A stretch of 64,000 nt of DNA from the human T2T-CHM13v2.0 reference genome, Homo sapiens. The position numbers and the translations under genes were made by a program. Below are positions 1 to 13,379 of this stretch, in pieces. Numbering within the stretch: the first letter of the stretch is position 1; every line of letters starts with the position of its first letter. A model generated the notes under the pieces. The model searched no databases and was not told the origin of the DNA. It saw nothing but the letters and a program-made list of their open reading frames with translations. The DNA is taken from assembly GCF_009914755.1 (NCBI RefSeq), contig NC_060940.1, one strand, 5' to 3'.

Positions 1-49
1 GAAATGAAAATGGTAATCAAAAGAAGATGATGGATGCACAAGAATTACT

Positions 50-400
50 AATTCACTCATTTAAAGCAAACATAGATTGGCTACCTACTGGATGTCAAAT
101 ATTGTGGCTATTATGATAAGCAAAATAGACTTAGCCTTTAACCACTGAATGAGGCGTCAGGCATTAAGCAAAGAAGCGCAAATCCATGTAAATTCCCAAC
201 AGGGATAAATGCTATAAAAAGTTTCTTGTGCATATAACTCACATGACGTCCTCTACAGCCTGGTTTTATGTCCTGGAAGAAATGGATAACTATACCACAC
301 AATGAGGCTTTATTTGTATATGGTGAGTTTTGGATTTATTTTCTCATTAGTGGAAGACTAGCAGATATTTAAAATCAGGAACTAAGATTATGATAGCAAT
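50..400 (-). mobile_element. L2 LINE 3' remnant
   Basis: Degenerate L2 3'-end pattern (cactcattt...ctacctactggatgtcaaatattgtggcta...ataaatgctataa) seen by eye. Confidence 0.45.
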
Positions 401-796
401 TTCCCTTTTTCTCTTCTTGATCATGGGATCTTTATTTCACTGATGGTGGGCTTACATTATAGTTACTACAAATTATAATCTTGTAGCCTCTGTCTGTCTA
501 ATGATCATTAAAAGCCATGGCTTTATTCTGCCATATTAATTCCTACTAAATAATGCTTTTATGAAAGTTGTAATGATTCTTCCATAAGGGTATAAACAAA
601 TATAAACAGGATTTTTTCTCCTTGTAGATTGTACATGCATAATTGCTGTATTTTATTGACGCTGTCTACATCCTATGATTCACTATAATGAAGGCCCTAC
701 TCAGGCATGGGTGAATTTTCTTAAGTTGAAAAATGAGCAAAACTACAGCTGGAAACGAAATAAAAATAAGTGAATAGAAGCTAAAATGAAAGAAAC

Positions 797-1361
797 ATTT
801 TTATTTTAATTTTTTTAACTTTTAAGTTCAGGGATACACATGCAGGTCTGTTACATAGGGAACCCCAACTGAGAAAGACTGGCCAAGACTCCAGATAATG
901 AGGAACTTTGGAAAAGATTTAAGTTAAAGTGTGATGTATTATGTTTGGGTTTTAGGAGAACTTAACTGTAACGGGTTTGTTGTACAGATTATATCATTAC
1001 CCAGGTATTAAGCCTGGTACCCTTTAGTTATTTTTCCTGATCCTTTCCCTCCTCCCACCCAGTGTCTGTTCTTCCCCTCTATGTTTCTACGAGTTTTCAT
1101 AATTTAGCTCCCACTTACAAGTGAAAACATATGGCATTTGATTTTCTGTTCTTATGTTAGTTTGCTAAGGATAATGGCCTCTAGCTCCATCCGTGTCTCT
1201 GCAAAGGACATGATCTCATTCTTTTTTTATGACTGCATAGTATTCCATGGTGTATACGTACCATATTTTCTTTATCCAGTCTATCACTGATGGGCATTTA
1301 GGTTGATTCCATGTCTTGCTATTGTGAACAGTGTTGCAATAAACATAAGTGTGCATGTGTC
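797..1361 (-). mobile_element. Older L1PA 3' end (5'-truncated), interrupted at ~864-972
   Basis: T-rich tail, then ttttaagttcagggatacacatgcagg..., acccaggtattaagcctggtacc and gcatagtattccatggtgtata, matching the reverse-complement L1PA 3' UTR. Confidence 0.9.
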
Positions 1362-2230
1362 AAAAGCTTAAATGGTTATTGTGAATCTGCTATTAAAGAT
1401 GTCAGAAACGTTACTCATTCTTCAATCTATTTAGGTCCTAGGTGAGCATTTACATTAAAATTTAATACCAAGATAAGGGCCTCATTAAGAAGTTTCTGTT
1501 ATTTCTCAGTTTTAAAAATTGAGATATCTATCATGACTTCTAAGAAGTTGAGGAATAATTTTGATAATAAAATATCATTACTTGCTTCCTTGGATTAGAT
1601 GTCCACATTTTCTTCTCTTTGATCACACTGTATCCCTGCTCCATTCTGTTTGCTACTTCAAATACAGAACTTCTAAGTCATTATGATTAATTAGAGATTT
1701 CCTATTTCTTAGTATCAAGTTACTCGAGTCTCTGTATGATAGTCTGACACTGTGTGGACTAACCAAAGATGATAGATAGCCTTGCTTTGTCTTCACTAAG
1801 CAGACTATAGCATGAACAAGCTTTACAAAAATGAAATTCATTAGAAAGAACAATAAACATTCCCATCTCATACTTGCTGTTCATATTTTCTATTAAGGTA
1901 TGAATGTCTTCTGGGAAGGATCAGCAAAGGAGGAATTTTTGAAAATATAAAAGTAAATGTGAAAATAAAACTGAAAATGTGTAGGTAGATCTAATCTTGA
2001 TATGGGAAATAAGCCATAAGTTTAGCTTTCATGGTTGTAAATGTTGTAAAATAAACGCCCACAAAAGTCTAGACTAACAAGAAGGGATTTAGAAAAACAA
2101 ATGGCTGCACTGCTTTTAGTAAATCACATTGAAAATGATAAAACTGCTGAAGAAAACGTAAACAGAAATCTGTAAAACTTTAACATTTATATGGGACTAT
2201 GAGATTTAATTGAGTCCCAATACATGAAAG

Positions 2231-2272
2231 CTGTGTTATCCAATATGACAGCCACTAGCCATTTGTATTTAG
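2231..2272. mobile_element. MER3/MER33-like hAT-Charlie fragment
   Basis: tccaatatgacagccactagccattt resembles the MER3/MER33 core tccaatatggtagccactagccacatg. Confidence 0.4.
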
Positions 2273-3708
2273 TTCTTGTTGAGAACTGATGATCTTCTCC
2301 TGAGACTAATCTTCTGAGATAGGAGCACTGTCTTATATCCCTCTTGCTCATATACCCCACTCTCTGCCTGAGCTCTCTCCCTGACTAGCTGCTAGCAGAG
2401 TGCAAGGAATAGAATCAGAATCTCAGGAAGGGAAATTCCCTCAGGCTTTTACATCATTTGGTCCCATACTTTCTGTTAAAGCAAAGCACATGTTTTTAGA
2501 ATCACTCACTTCATCCTTATGCAAATGTTAAAATTTTCCTTTTACTAACTTAGAAGGAGATTGGTAACAACAGTAGCCTCAGCTTTACCCTAATTCTCCA
2601 GAGGCATCGTGGAACATGTCTGATCTTTCTTCTATCCAACATTTCTGTAAATATTTAATGCAAATATAGTGAAACCAGGTAGTGGGTCATCTATTTTTAG
2701 TTGTAGATGGGGAGACATTATCAGACAGTGCCACTATACATGACCTATTCCTGCCTATTTTTAATGCATGTATGTAACCATAAGGTTAATGCATATGTGC
2801 AACCAACAAGGTTATTACTGTTATTTTCCAAGTTGAGCAGTTGACAGAGGAGCTTTTCACGATGGTTATAGGGCCTAACCTTATCCGGCTTCAGATTTGA
2901 CTATAAAGTTGTTGTTCTTCACTATTCTACACTTGTTTCTAAAAATTGCAAGCACATGAAATATTAACTATCTTATTCTGGGTAAGTTGTAGTATTATTT
3001 AAACAGTTTACCCTTCTGAAATGATGGATTTTTGGGTAGTGGAAATAACCACGATGACACCCCCCTGCAAATTATAGTGTTGGGGAAATTGTTTTAAATC
3101 AAGATTAAGAGGCAAGAAGCCGCATCTAGCATGGGACAGAGTGAGATGCTGGCTTGCCAGCATTTAAGAAAGGAAGTACCATGCAGACCTAGCACATTAC
3201 TCAGATCCTCAGTTGAGTCTAAAAAGCATTTAATTCTAAAGTTTCTTATGACCATATATTAATGTGATTCGAGGACCATGAGCTAATAAACTAATGATAG
3301 AGATTAGTGCATATCAAATTTATATATGTGATATATACAAAATATCAAATATATACTATACATGATATACACAATGTATTTAATATGTTTGTCAAAGAAA
3401 ACCATACAAATTTATAGTTGTAAATTAAAAATGTATAAATGTTCAAAATAAACTTAATATCACCTTCTTAATACACTCCCCATAACCTTTTAACAATTTG
3501 AGGCATATTTGTCCAAACCCTTCTCTGTGCTTACACATCAATCTAGAAATTTTAGACTTTAAACTTTTTCATTGAAAAATAACAGAATGAAAGCAAAGAA
3601 AAGAATATTCCAAAGTGTGTGATAACCCACTCCAATAATAGGTGTGTTTTAAATTTATGAAAATTATTCAATTATTTTGCAAAAAAATTGTTGCAATTCA
3701 TACTTTTG

Positions 3709-3796
3709 AAACAATGGTGGACGTGCCATTTATTTTTCCCCAAAATTCTCTCCCAAACAATGGTGGACATGCCCTTTTTCCCCTCAAATTCCCTCC
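3709..3796 (+). repeat. Imperfect tandem duplication (2 x ~44 bp)
   Basis: aaacaatggtggacgtgccatttatttttccccaaaattctctcc followed by aaacaatggtggacatgccctttttcccctcaaattccctcc. Confidence 0.85.
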
Positions 3797-3799
3797 ATC

Positions 3800-4250
3800 T
3801 CAAGATGCTATACATTTTTTAAACTTGGCTAATCTGATGAGTGAAAAATTATATTTTACTCATGATACATAATCTGGATGCCTAGTGATGCCGAAAATCT
3901 TACTGTGTTCAACAGCCATTTGTGTGTCCTTAGCTTGTTTGCTAATAACATTTACTGAATTTTCTATTGGTTTGTTTGATTTGCTCTTATTAACTTAAAG
4001 AACTCTATGCATATTAGCAGTATTGGCCTCTTGTTTGTCATACTCTAAATGCTTTTCCAGTCTATTGGTTAGCCTTTGTTGTTGTTTATGAAGATTTTGG
4101 CAAACCATTATTTTATGTGATAAAACAGGGTTATTTTAAGAAGTTCCTCTCAGTATGTTGTATTTTTTTCTCCAGAAATATTTTCACAATTTTTACCATG
4201 AAATTTATCTGTATACTTTGTATGAGTTAGGGATTAAATTTTTCTTCAAT
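3800..4250 (-). mobile_element. Ancient L1M (L1ME-like) ORF2 3' remnant
   Basis: ggctaatctgatgagtgaaaa, cagccatttgtgtgtcct and ttttctattggtttgttt are typical antisense L1M ORF2 C-terminal motifs. Confidence 0.6.
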
Positions 4251-4477
4251 GTCATTAGCAAAAAAAATGCCAGCTTTAGATGGTGAATTGGAGTGAGATC
4301 ATTTTAAAGGTAAAAGTTTAATTAATGCTCCGTTCTCTTCTATAACTATGTGTCTGCTGAGATCATTTATCTCCTGGACGAAATTTCACAGTGGTCTTCA
4401 CAATTTCTATTGGTGTCTCATACCTGCTCTTACATTTTGAATTCCTTCTGAGATTTTATGTTTTTCCATGAACCTAA

Positions 4478-4996
<519 letters not shown>

Positions 4997-7244
4997 TAGG
5001 GAGGAAATCTCTCTGCTCTTTTTATCCAAGGGATCAACTGCCATGTCCCAGATGTAGGCCTTGACCATATGTGCTACTTCCTTTCACCTGGGCCCATTAG
5101 TAGGGTTTACACAAGCTGCTCTAAAGATCACAAGAAGCAGACAGACATGTGCTGCCCATACTCCAGAGACACCAAAACTGCACCCACTTTGGACTCTTCA
5201 TGAGCAGCTCCCCAAGATCGAGGAGAGACAAACCTTATCTTTTACTTCAGGTCCCTTGGAGAAGAAAGCCCTGACTTGATTTCCTTCCCTGACATCCCAG
5301 CAGGACTTATGGCTTCTGTATACCTTCAATGGTCCACCAACAGCATTCTTGTCTCTGTCAATCACCTACTCCAGAGACGGTGTTGGGAATGAGAGTAGGG
5401 CAGTGATAAGTGATCAGTGTGCCATAATTCCAAAAGCCCACAAAAGTGACTTCGATATTAAGACATAGCTTAGAAAGATAAATCTTTTGTGTTTGTGTTA
5501 AAAATTTTAAAATCTCTAATACACATTAGAATCAAATGCAAACAAATTTTGAGTGTTTGCTTCTTACAAGTGTGGTATAATATGAATTGGGAGAAGAAAA
5601 AGAACATACTTCTGCAAGAAATTTTAGAATTTGAAGGCTGATCCACTTGGATTTCAATTGCTTAATAAGCTAAATCATGTTTTGCTCTCCTGCTATGTGT
5701 CTAATCATAATCATATGAGTATTTTCCTCTACTTCTGTGTGCTGATTGTTTGTATGCAGCATCTCTCCATCTGAGGCAGTGGCAGGAGCCCTGGGCTCCC
5801 CCTGTTTTTCATCACCCTTTTGCAGAAATGCTTCTCACTTTTCCTGAGCAATGCTGCTGTGGTCTAAACTGTCATTTCCCCAGCACCATCTGTAGACTGA
5901 TATTTTGTAAGGATTTGTATGGATTCCAAGTAAGAATCCAGCTCAATAGGCCAGCATAATTAGTTTTTAAGATTAAAAAAAAAAGTAATTGATCAATTCC
6001 TATTCTAGTCCACCCTCTATTTCCCTCCACTTCTTATTTCACCCTCACATGAAGATATACTTACAGCTTTGAAACAGAATCAAATTTCTGGGCTGCACAA
6101 TTAAATTTCAGTCAAAATTTTCACTTACTAGAATGCTCACAATACTAATAGTGTTGTTAGAAATAAGACACTTGATTAAAAGGCGGTGCACTTGTCTATA
6201 TCTTTAATGTGCATTCCTAATGAGTCTTAGCAGGAGGCTGATTCACATGAAAATGCACAATTAGCTCATCCAAGTTTAATACACCATTATCTGCATCCAG
6301 GCCCTCTCTTCATTACCATTTGAATGCACTGTTTTCTTTGGAGTTTTGTGTAGGAAGCAAATCCCTATATATGGCACACAGCTCTAGACTGATTTGTCTG
6401 CATTTGCCCTTTAGACAAAAGGCCAAAACAACATGCTCTTTGGTGCATTAATTTTCAATCTCTTGCTATTTTTGAAATTGTAATGCAGCACATTTCCTTT
6501 TCCAAGGGACTTCAGTCAGTATACAGCGTGGAAGTGGATATCGCCAAGGGATTTGTTTGTTATGGGGCTGCTTTAAAGAGCTGTTGAAATCCAGTGAAAT
6601 AAAATAGGACTTAAGTCTAATGTCACTACTATATAGAGTCCCGTACCATCTTGACTTTGGAATCTAAGACAATTCATTGCCTGAAATAAAAACTGAGAAA
6701 ACAAGAGTTTTATTTATTTCCTATCAGTGTTGTCATTTGGCTTTTCATTAATCTTCAGTGCTTTTAGCATATCACACGCCTACAGTTCTATAAGTTACCT
6801 CGATATGCAGAATACCATTTAATACGGAGCAAATTGAATCACTAACAGATTAAAAATACTATTTAAAAAAATCCCTTCTTCTATCCTCATTTTCAAGGAT
6901 CATTTATATTTAGCCCTTCAGAGACTTAAACAATTGTGCAAAGAGAAAAAGCCTTTCTTAGGACATGAGTTTCTACTTCTGAATAATGAATCATATAGTA
7001 TATTTCACTAAGCATGAAGTCATTTTAGAGAAACCCATTTGGTGATAGTTTACAGATTTATACAGTAAAAAAAACAGAGGTGACATACCTGAGGTGCAGA
7101 AATTGTCAAAATTCTTATTTGCCCATAAGGTAATATTGAGAGTAATTTGCTAAGCCTAAGAAGAAAAAGGTTCATTGGAGGGCACATGACATATTAGAAC
7201 CTGCGTGAGGTATTTATACCCTCTACAACTTTCTAACTTTGTTT

Positions 7245-7375
7245 ATCAAGCACTTTTCTTAATCTCTGAGTCTCAGAATTCCTCTTTCTTTTTCCAGGCA
7301 GTATCTGGAAAAATGGCATAATAACACCCTTTGTGCACCATTGTTGTGAGGAGGAAAGAAAAAATTAGAAAGTAT
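7245..7375 (+). mobile_element. MIR fragment
   Basis: cttaatctctgagtctcag...tctggaaaaatggcataataacacc...ttgttgtgagga matches the MIR core. Confidence 0.6.
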
Positions 7376-7381
7376 CTAATA

Positions 7382-7668
7382 TCATCCATGTCCCAACAAA
7401 GGACATGAACTCATCCTTTTTTATGGCTGCATAGTATTCCATGGTGTATATGTGCCACATTTTCTTAATCCAGTCTATGAAGGGGCACATCACGCACTGG
7501 GGCCTGTTGTGGGGTGGGGGGAGGGGGGAAGGATAGCATTAGGAGATATACCTCATGTAAATGATGAGCTAATGGGTGCAGCACACCAACATGGCACATG
7601 TATACATATGTAACAAACCTGCGCATTGTGCACATGTACCCTAGAACTTAAAGTATAATAAAAAAAAA
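7382..7668 (+). mobile_element. Young L1PA 3' end with 5' inversion (antisense 7382-7478, sense 7479-7668)
   Basis: Antisense tcatccatgtccc...cagtctat joined to sense gaaggggcacatcac...aaagtataataaaaaaaaa; imperfect TSD aaagta(tc/g)taata. Confidence 0.92.
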
Positions 7669-8532
7669 GTAGTAATATACAAATTCGTCAAGGTTACAGG
7701 ATACAAGATCAATAAAAACTGTGTTTTTATGTGCTAGCAATGGATTATCTGAATGAGAAATTAGGAAAACAATTCCATTTCCAATAGTATCAAAAATAAA
7801 TACTTACGAATACATTTTAAACATGAATTGCAAGACTTGTACACTAAAAACTGTAAGATATTGGTGAAAGAAATTAAAGGCAACCCAAATAAATGAAAAG
7901 TTATTCCATGTTCATGATTCAGAAGTTTTAATGTTATTGAGATGGTAATACACTTCAAATTGATCTGCAGATTCATCACAATGTTTATCAGAATCCCAGC
8001 TGATTTTTTTTTTGTAGAAACTATCTCATCCCCACATTTATATGGAAATGTAAGGCACTACAGATAACCAAAACAATCTTGAAAAGGAAAAATAAAGTTA
8101 GAGGACTCATACTTCCCTATTTCAAAATTTACTACAATGCTACAGAAATCAAGTCACTTTGGTGCTGGCAGGCATAAACATATAAATTAATGTAATAGAA
8201 TCAAAAGCCCAGAAATAAACGCATACATTTATGGTCAATTGATTTTTCACTAAGAAACCAAGCAAATTCAATGGGAAAAAGAATAGTTGTTTCACAAATG
8301 ATGCTGGAACAACTGGGTATCCACATGATGCAAAAGAATAAATTTGGACCCCTACCACCACATGCAAAAACTAAATAAATATGGGACCCAGACCTAACTA
8401 TGAGAGCTCATGCTCTCATACAGAGTTAACAAAACCCACAAAACGAAACAGGAAGAAATCTTCATGATCTTGGGTTAGGCAATAATTTCTAAGCTATGAC
8501 ACCAAAAATACAAGCAATAAAAGAGAAGATTA

Positions 8533-8823
<291 letters not shown>

Positions 8824-8964
8824 TTAGTTGAACTTCATTAAAATTAAAAATTTAGTGCTTCAAAGGACACTATCAAGAAAGATGACCCAAAGAATGGGAG
8901 AAAATATTTGTAAATCATGTATCTAGGAAGAGAATCATATCTGGAATATATAAATAGTTTTTAA

Positions 8965-9261
<297 letters not shown>

Positions 9262-9835
9262 TAAATAGCTTTTAATATAAAATATAAAAAGACAACCCAA
9301 TTACAAAATGGACAATGGATTTAAACAGATATTTCTGCAAAGAAGATATATACAAATTAACAAAATATATGAAAAAATGCTCAACATTATTAATCATTAG
9401 AGAAATGCAGATCGAAACCACAATGACAATCTGCAGAATGGCTATGCCAAAAAGGCAGGCAATAAGAAGTGTTGGAGAGAATGTGGAGAAATTGGAACCC
9501 TCATACATTGCCGATGGGAATGTGGAATGGTGCAGCCCATTTGGCAGTTCCTCAAAATAGTATTTTACAGAGCAATTCCACTTCTAGGTATCTACTTGAA
9601 AGAAATGAAAATATATGTCCACACATAAACTTGCACCCTATAACCAAAAAATGGAAAAAATCCATCCATCAAATGTTGGATAAACTAAACGTGGTATATC
9701 CAGATGATAAAATATTAAGCAGCATCACAAAGAATGAAGGACTGATGCATGCTACAACCTGGATAAAGCTTGAAAACATTTTACTAAATGAAAGAAGCCT
9801 GTCACAAAAGAATACATATTGTATCATCCCATCAT

Positions 9836-9878
9836 CTTAGTTTAGTTTCTGTTGCTAATAACAGAACACCTGAAACTG
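9836..9878 (-). mobile_element. MaLR (MST-like) LTR end fragment
   Basis: cttagtttagtttctgttgctaataacagaacacctgaaactg resembles an MST/MLT1 terminus. Confidence 0.55.
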
Positions 9879-9963
9879 ACATTAAAGCAAACTAAATATG
9901 GCCTGAGAAGGATTCTGTACCTCTACATTGAAGTCCTTGTGGACAAACTGTAACCTAAGTTAG
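9879..9963 (+). mobile_element. ERV1 LTR 5' fragment (MER57A-like)
   Basis: ttaaagcaaactaaatatggcctgagaaggattctgtac...gtccttgtggacaaactgtaaccta matches the recalled MER57A 5' end. Confidence 0.7.
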
Positions 9964-10135
9964 AGTGTTTTATAAGAGAACAAAAATGAGTCTGTGGCCC
10001 AGTAAGCGAGGAAATAAGTTGTACAAGATGGTATTGACAGGGACGGCAGGGCCAGAAGATATAAGGTCTTATAGGATTATACTCCTAGTGCTGTGGGAAG
10101 TCATGAAGAGGCAGAAGTCAGACAAGAGGAGCTTA
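9964..10135 (-). mobile_element. L2 fragment
   Basis: ggcagggccagaagatataaggtcttatagg...ctgtgggaagtcatgaag is L2-like. Confidence 0.45.
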
Positions 10136-10136
10136 T

Positions 10137-10717
10137 GTATGTATTTATTTATTCTGTGTGGCTAGAATCCATTATTCTGTGTGGCTAGAACCAACTTTAT
10201 TACCAAGAAGGTTTAATAGAATATATATTTTTAAAAAGTTTTATTTTTGGTTCAGAGGCACATGTGAAGGTTTGAACATAAGTGAACTTGTGTCATGGGA
10301 GACTGTTGTACAGATTATTTCATAACCCAGGTATTAAGCCCAGTACCCCGTAATTACCTTTTTTGCTCCTCTTCATCCTCCCACCCTCCACTCTCAAGTG
10401 GACCCCAGTGTCTGTCGTTCGCTTCTCATTCTAACGTAAAGACACATACACTCAAATGTTCACTGCAGCACTATTCACAATAGCAAAGACATGGAATCAA
10501 CCTACATGTCCATCAATGACAGATTAGATAAAGAAAATGTGGTACATATACACTGTGGAATACTGTGCAGCCGTAAAAAAAGAACGAGGTCTTTTTTTTT
10601 GTTTTGTTTTGCAGGAACCCAGATGGAGCTGGAGGCTATGATCCTTAGCAAATTAATGCAGGAACAGAAAACCAAATACCACATGTTCTCACTTACAAGT
10701 GGGAGCTAAATGAAGAG
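10137..10717 (-). mobile_element. Older L1PA 3' end with 5' inversion and probable 3' transduction
   Basis: Antisense 3' UTR ~10228-10426 and sense segment 10427-10717; direct repeat aagaggagcttat at 10124-10136 and 10713-10725. Confidence 0.85.
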
Positions 10718-12049
10718 GAGCTTATTGCTGTTGAGATTTTAAGGGATCTGAATCACAGGAACCCTCTTTCCTACTCATATTCTGAGCAGACTCAAAAATA
10801 AGGAAAAATAAATCTACACACGGAGGCTAAGATACTGCTTTTATTTTTGATAAATTGATATTGCTGTTGAAGCTTACATTGATAACTAAGTCAGTTCCTT
10901 AATGCAGAATTCCAAACTTAGGTATAGAAGTCTATCCAACCACAGAAACCCTGGACCTCTAAAGGGCTCCCCATGGGCCAGGGTCCTTACTAATCATTCA
11001 ATAAAGTAGTAAGAAATTTGAATAAAGGGTTTGTTTATGAGTGAGATGCAGATATGGGGCCAGAAAAACTATACAAAGAGGTGGATTACCATGAGGGATA
11101 TCACATACTGCTATGAAAAACAACATTGTCTTCTGGTCTCAAATAGTTTTGACTGAGGTCTCACATAAAAGGATATTTTTCTAATTTATTTTGCAATTAA
11201 TAAAACTAGTGATCTCAGAACACAAAAAGAAAGGTGACGAGACTGAAAATGTTCTATGAATTTATAAATATATGGCATCAATAATTTATATATATGTGAT
11301 ATCAAGATCTTTAAAGTAATTTTTAATCTCAACCAGAATTTGTTGCTAAATATGAATACAACTTTTTGTGTTGGGCGCAACTCTAGCTATAGGTTCAATA
11401 GTGACATCGTTAGGTTGCCCTGGGGTCCTGATCAGAAACCATTAGTAGGGTCAGAGTATTGAGGGGAAATGCAGGGAGAGGAAAATTGACCATAAGGATC
11501 TCCACTGAGCAAAGAGAACTTTGAAACATTTCACGGATGTATAGTATAGGTTTCTTCCTAGTGTAAGGAAAAATTTGGAAATGAAACTGAATGTAGCAAA
11601 AGCAAGGAAAAAAGACAATAAAATTCAAGAATAGGTAAAGAAAAGTGGATGAAAGAACTTCTGTTTATATTTCTTAGAATTCTCATAAATGAGATTTGCT
11701 AATACATTTCAATATGGTGATTATTATGCAAAAAGGAGTGAGAGATTGAAGGATTGAGTGTGCTGGCAGAAAGTACTTTAATAAATTACGCTTGACTATA
11801 TAGCATGTAATGCCCTTTTGAATGAAAAGATACAGTTCAGGTCTGGTAGCATTTAGGGTAGTGGCTAACTTCATGTAGTTAGCAATGTAGAAGCATTTAG
11901 ACAGCATCACAGACCCGTTGATGGTTCCTTTCAAGAAACAGACTTCAATGAAATAGAAACACATTTAGATAGACCTGAACTTCTAAATGTGTGATGTGGT
12001 GGGTTTCCATACACCCTAGAGGGTATAGTTTAAGACAAGCAACTGCATT

Positions 12050-12305
12050 TGTCTGATTAAAATTTGGACCTGTAAGTAAAAATTATAAAACAAAGTGGGA
12101 GATTTTAAAAAGATATAATTATGGAAAGCTTTACCACCAGGTTAAAGAAAAGTGGAGTAAATTTCTTAGGGATAGGGGAAAATAATTCTACCCCTAGTTA
12201 AATATAGGAAGAGAAACAGCAGCTTTTTGGAAATGTTTGAAGGTAGATGTCTGACAAGATGATCTCTCAAAGTCTTTCTTTCAAAGCCCAATGATTTTAT
12301 GAAAT
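12050..12305 (+). mobile_element. CR1/L3 LINE 3' remnant
   Basis: gacaagatgatctctcaaagtctttctttcaaagcccaatgattttatga resembles the CR1/L3 3' terminus. Confidence 0.4.
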
Positions 12306-12782
12306 GTGGTCAGAAAAGAGCATAAGTTTCTTTGTCGCAGCTGCAAAGCTGAAGCCCTCAGAATTGGCTGAGTAAATAGCAGTCATTTATTGCAAAAATA
12401 TCAATCACTGGGCGAAATTATTCATTTTTGTATAATATGAGGCAGCTCCACAGTGTCCCAAGACACATTTATCTTCAGTAAATCACAGAGAATGAGACTA
12501 ATTATTCTCACTTATCTTCCCACTTTTCTAAACAAATGACAAAACAGAATTGCAAACTTGTCAGAATGTAATGATCAAGGTTGCACCTTCAGCAAGAAGT
12601 GGAAAGCCAGTTTTACACTAAAAAATGTCACGATAGAGAGCTACTTTTTGTTAGGATGTGCAACAGTGGGAAATACTTTCTATTTTCTTCTAATACCAGG
12701 AAAACCTTGGGCAAACTGAAAATTAGCCTCCCTTTCCCCTAAAATATCATTTTGGAGTATTGGCTTAAAAATATACAAATAC

Positions 12783-13172
12783 CTCCAACAATGATAGACT
12801 GGATTAAGAAAATGTGGCACATATACACCATAGAATACTATGCAGCCATAAAAAAGGATGAGTTCATGTCCTTTGTAGGGACATGGATGAAGCTGGAAAC
12901 CATCATTCTCAGCAAACTATTGCAAAGACAAAAAACCAAACACCGCATGTTCTCACTCATAGGTGGGAATTGAAAAATGAGAACACATGGAAACAGGAAG
13001 GGGAACATCACACACCGGGGCCTGTTGTGGGGTGGGATAGCATTAGGAGATATACGTAATGTTAAATGATGAGTTAATGGGTGCAGTACACCAACATGGC
13101 ACATGTGTATACATATGTAACAAACCTGCACGTTGTGCACATGTGCCCTAAAACTTAAAGTATAAAAAAAAA
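12783..13172 (+). mobile_element. Young L1PA (PA3-5-like) 3' end
   Basis: Near-consensus L1 3' end with polyA; TSD atacaaatac; tt/aaaa endonuclease site upstream. Confidence 0.96.
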
Positions 13173-13379
13173 TACAAATACATTCCAGAGAAAGATAAGT
13201 GCCTCATAGTTGTGCAAAGATAAGAGGTTGCTTCCATATCTTGTACCAATTACCTAGTCTTGGTATGAGTGGGTAAAGAAGGGAGGCTGCCACAGGAGGA
13301 GAGAATTTTGCTGGATGAGAGATTTTAGTATTGATCACATGAAGTTAAACATATAGCATCAAATCAATTCCTCCAAAAA

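Noticed and set aside
11834-11981. 11-bp inverted repeat agttcaggtct / agacctgaact
   Set aside because: Short with a long spacer and no TSD; compatible with chance.
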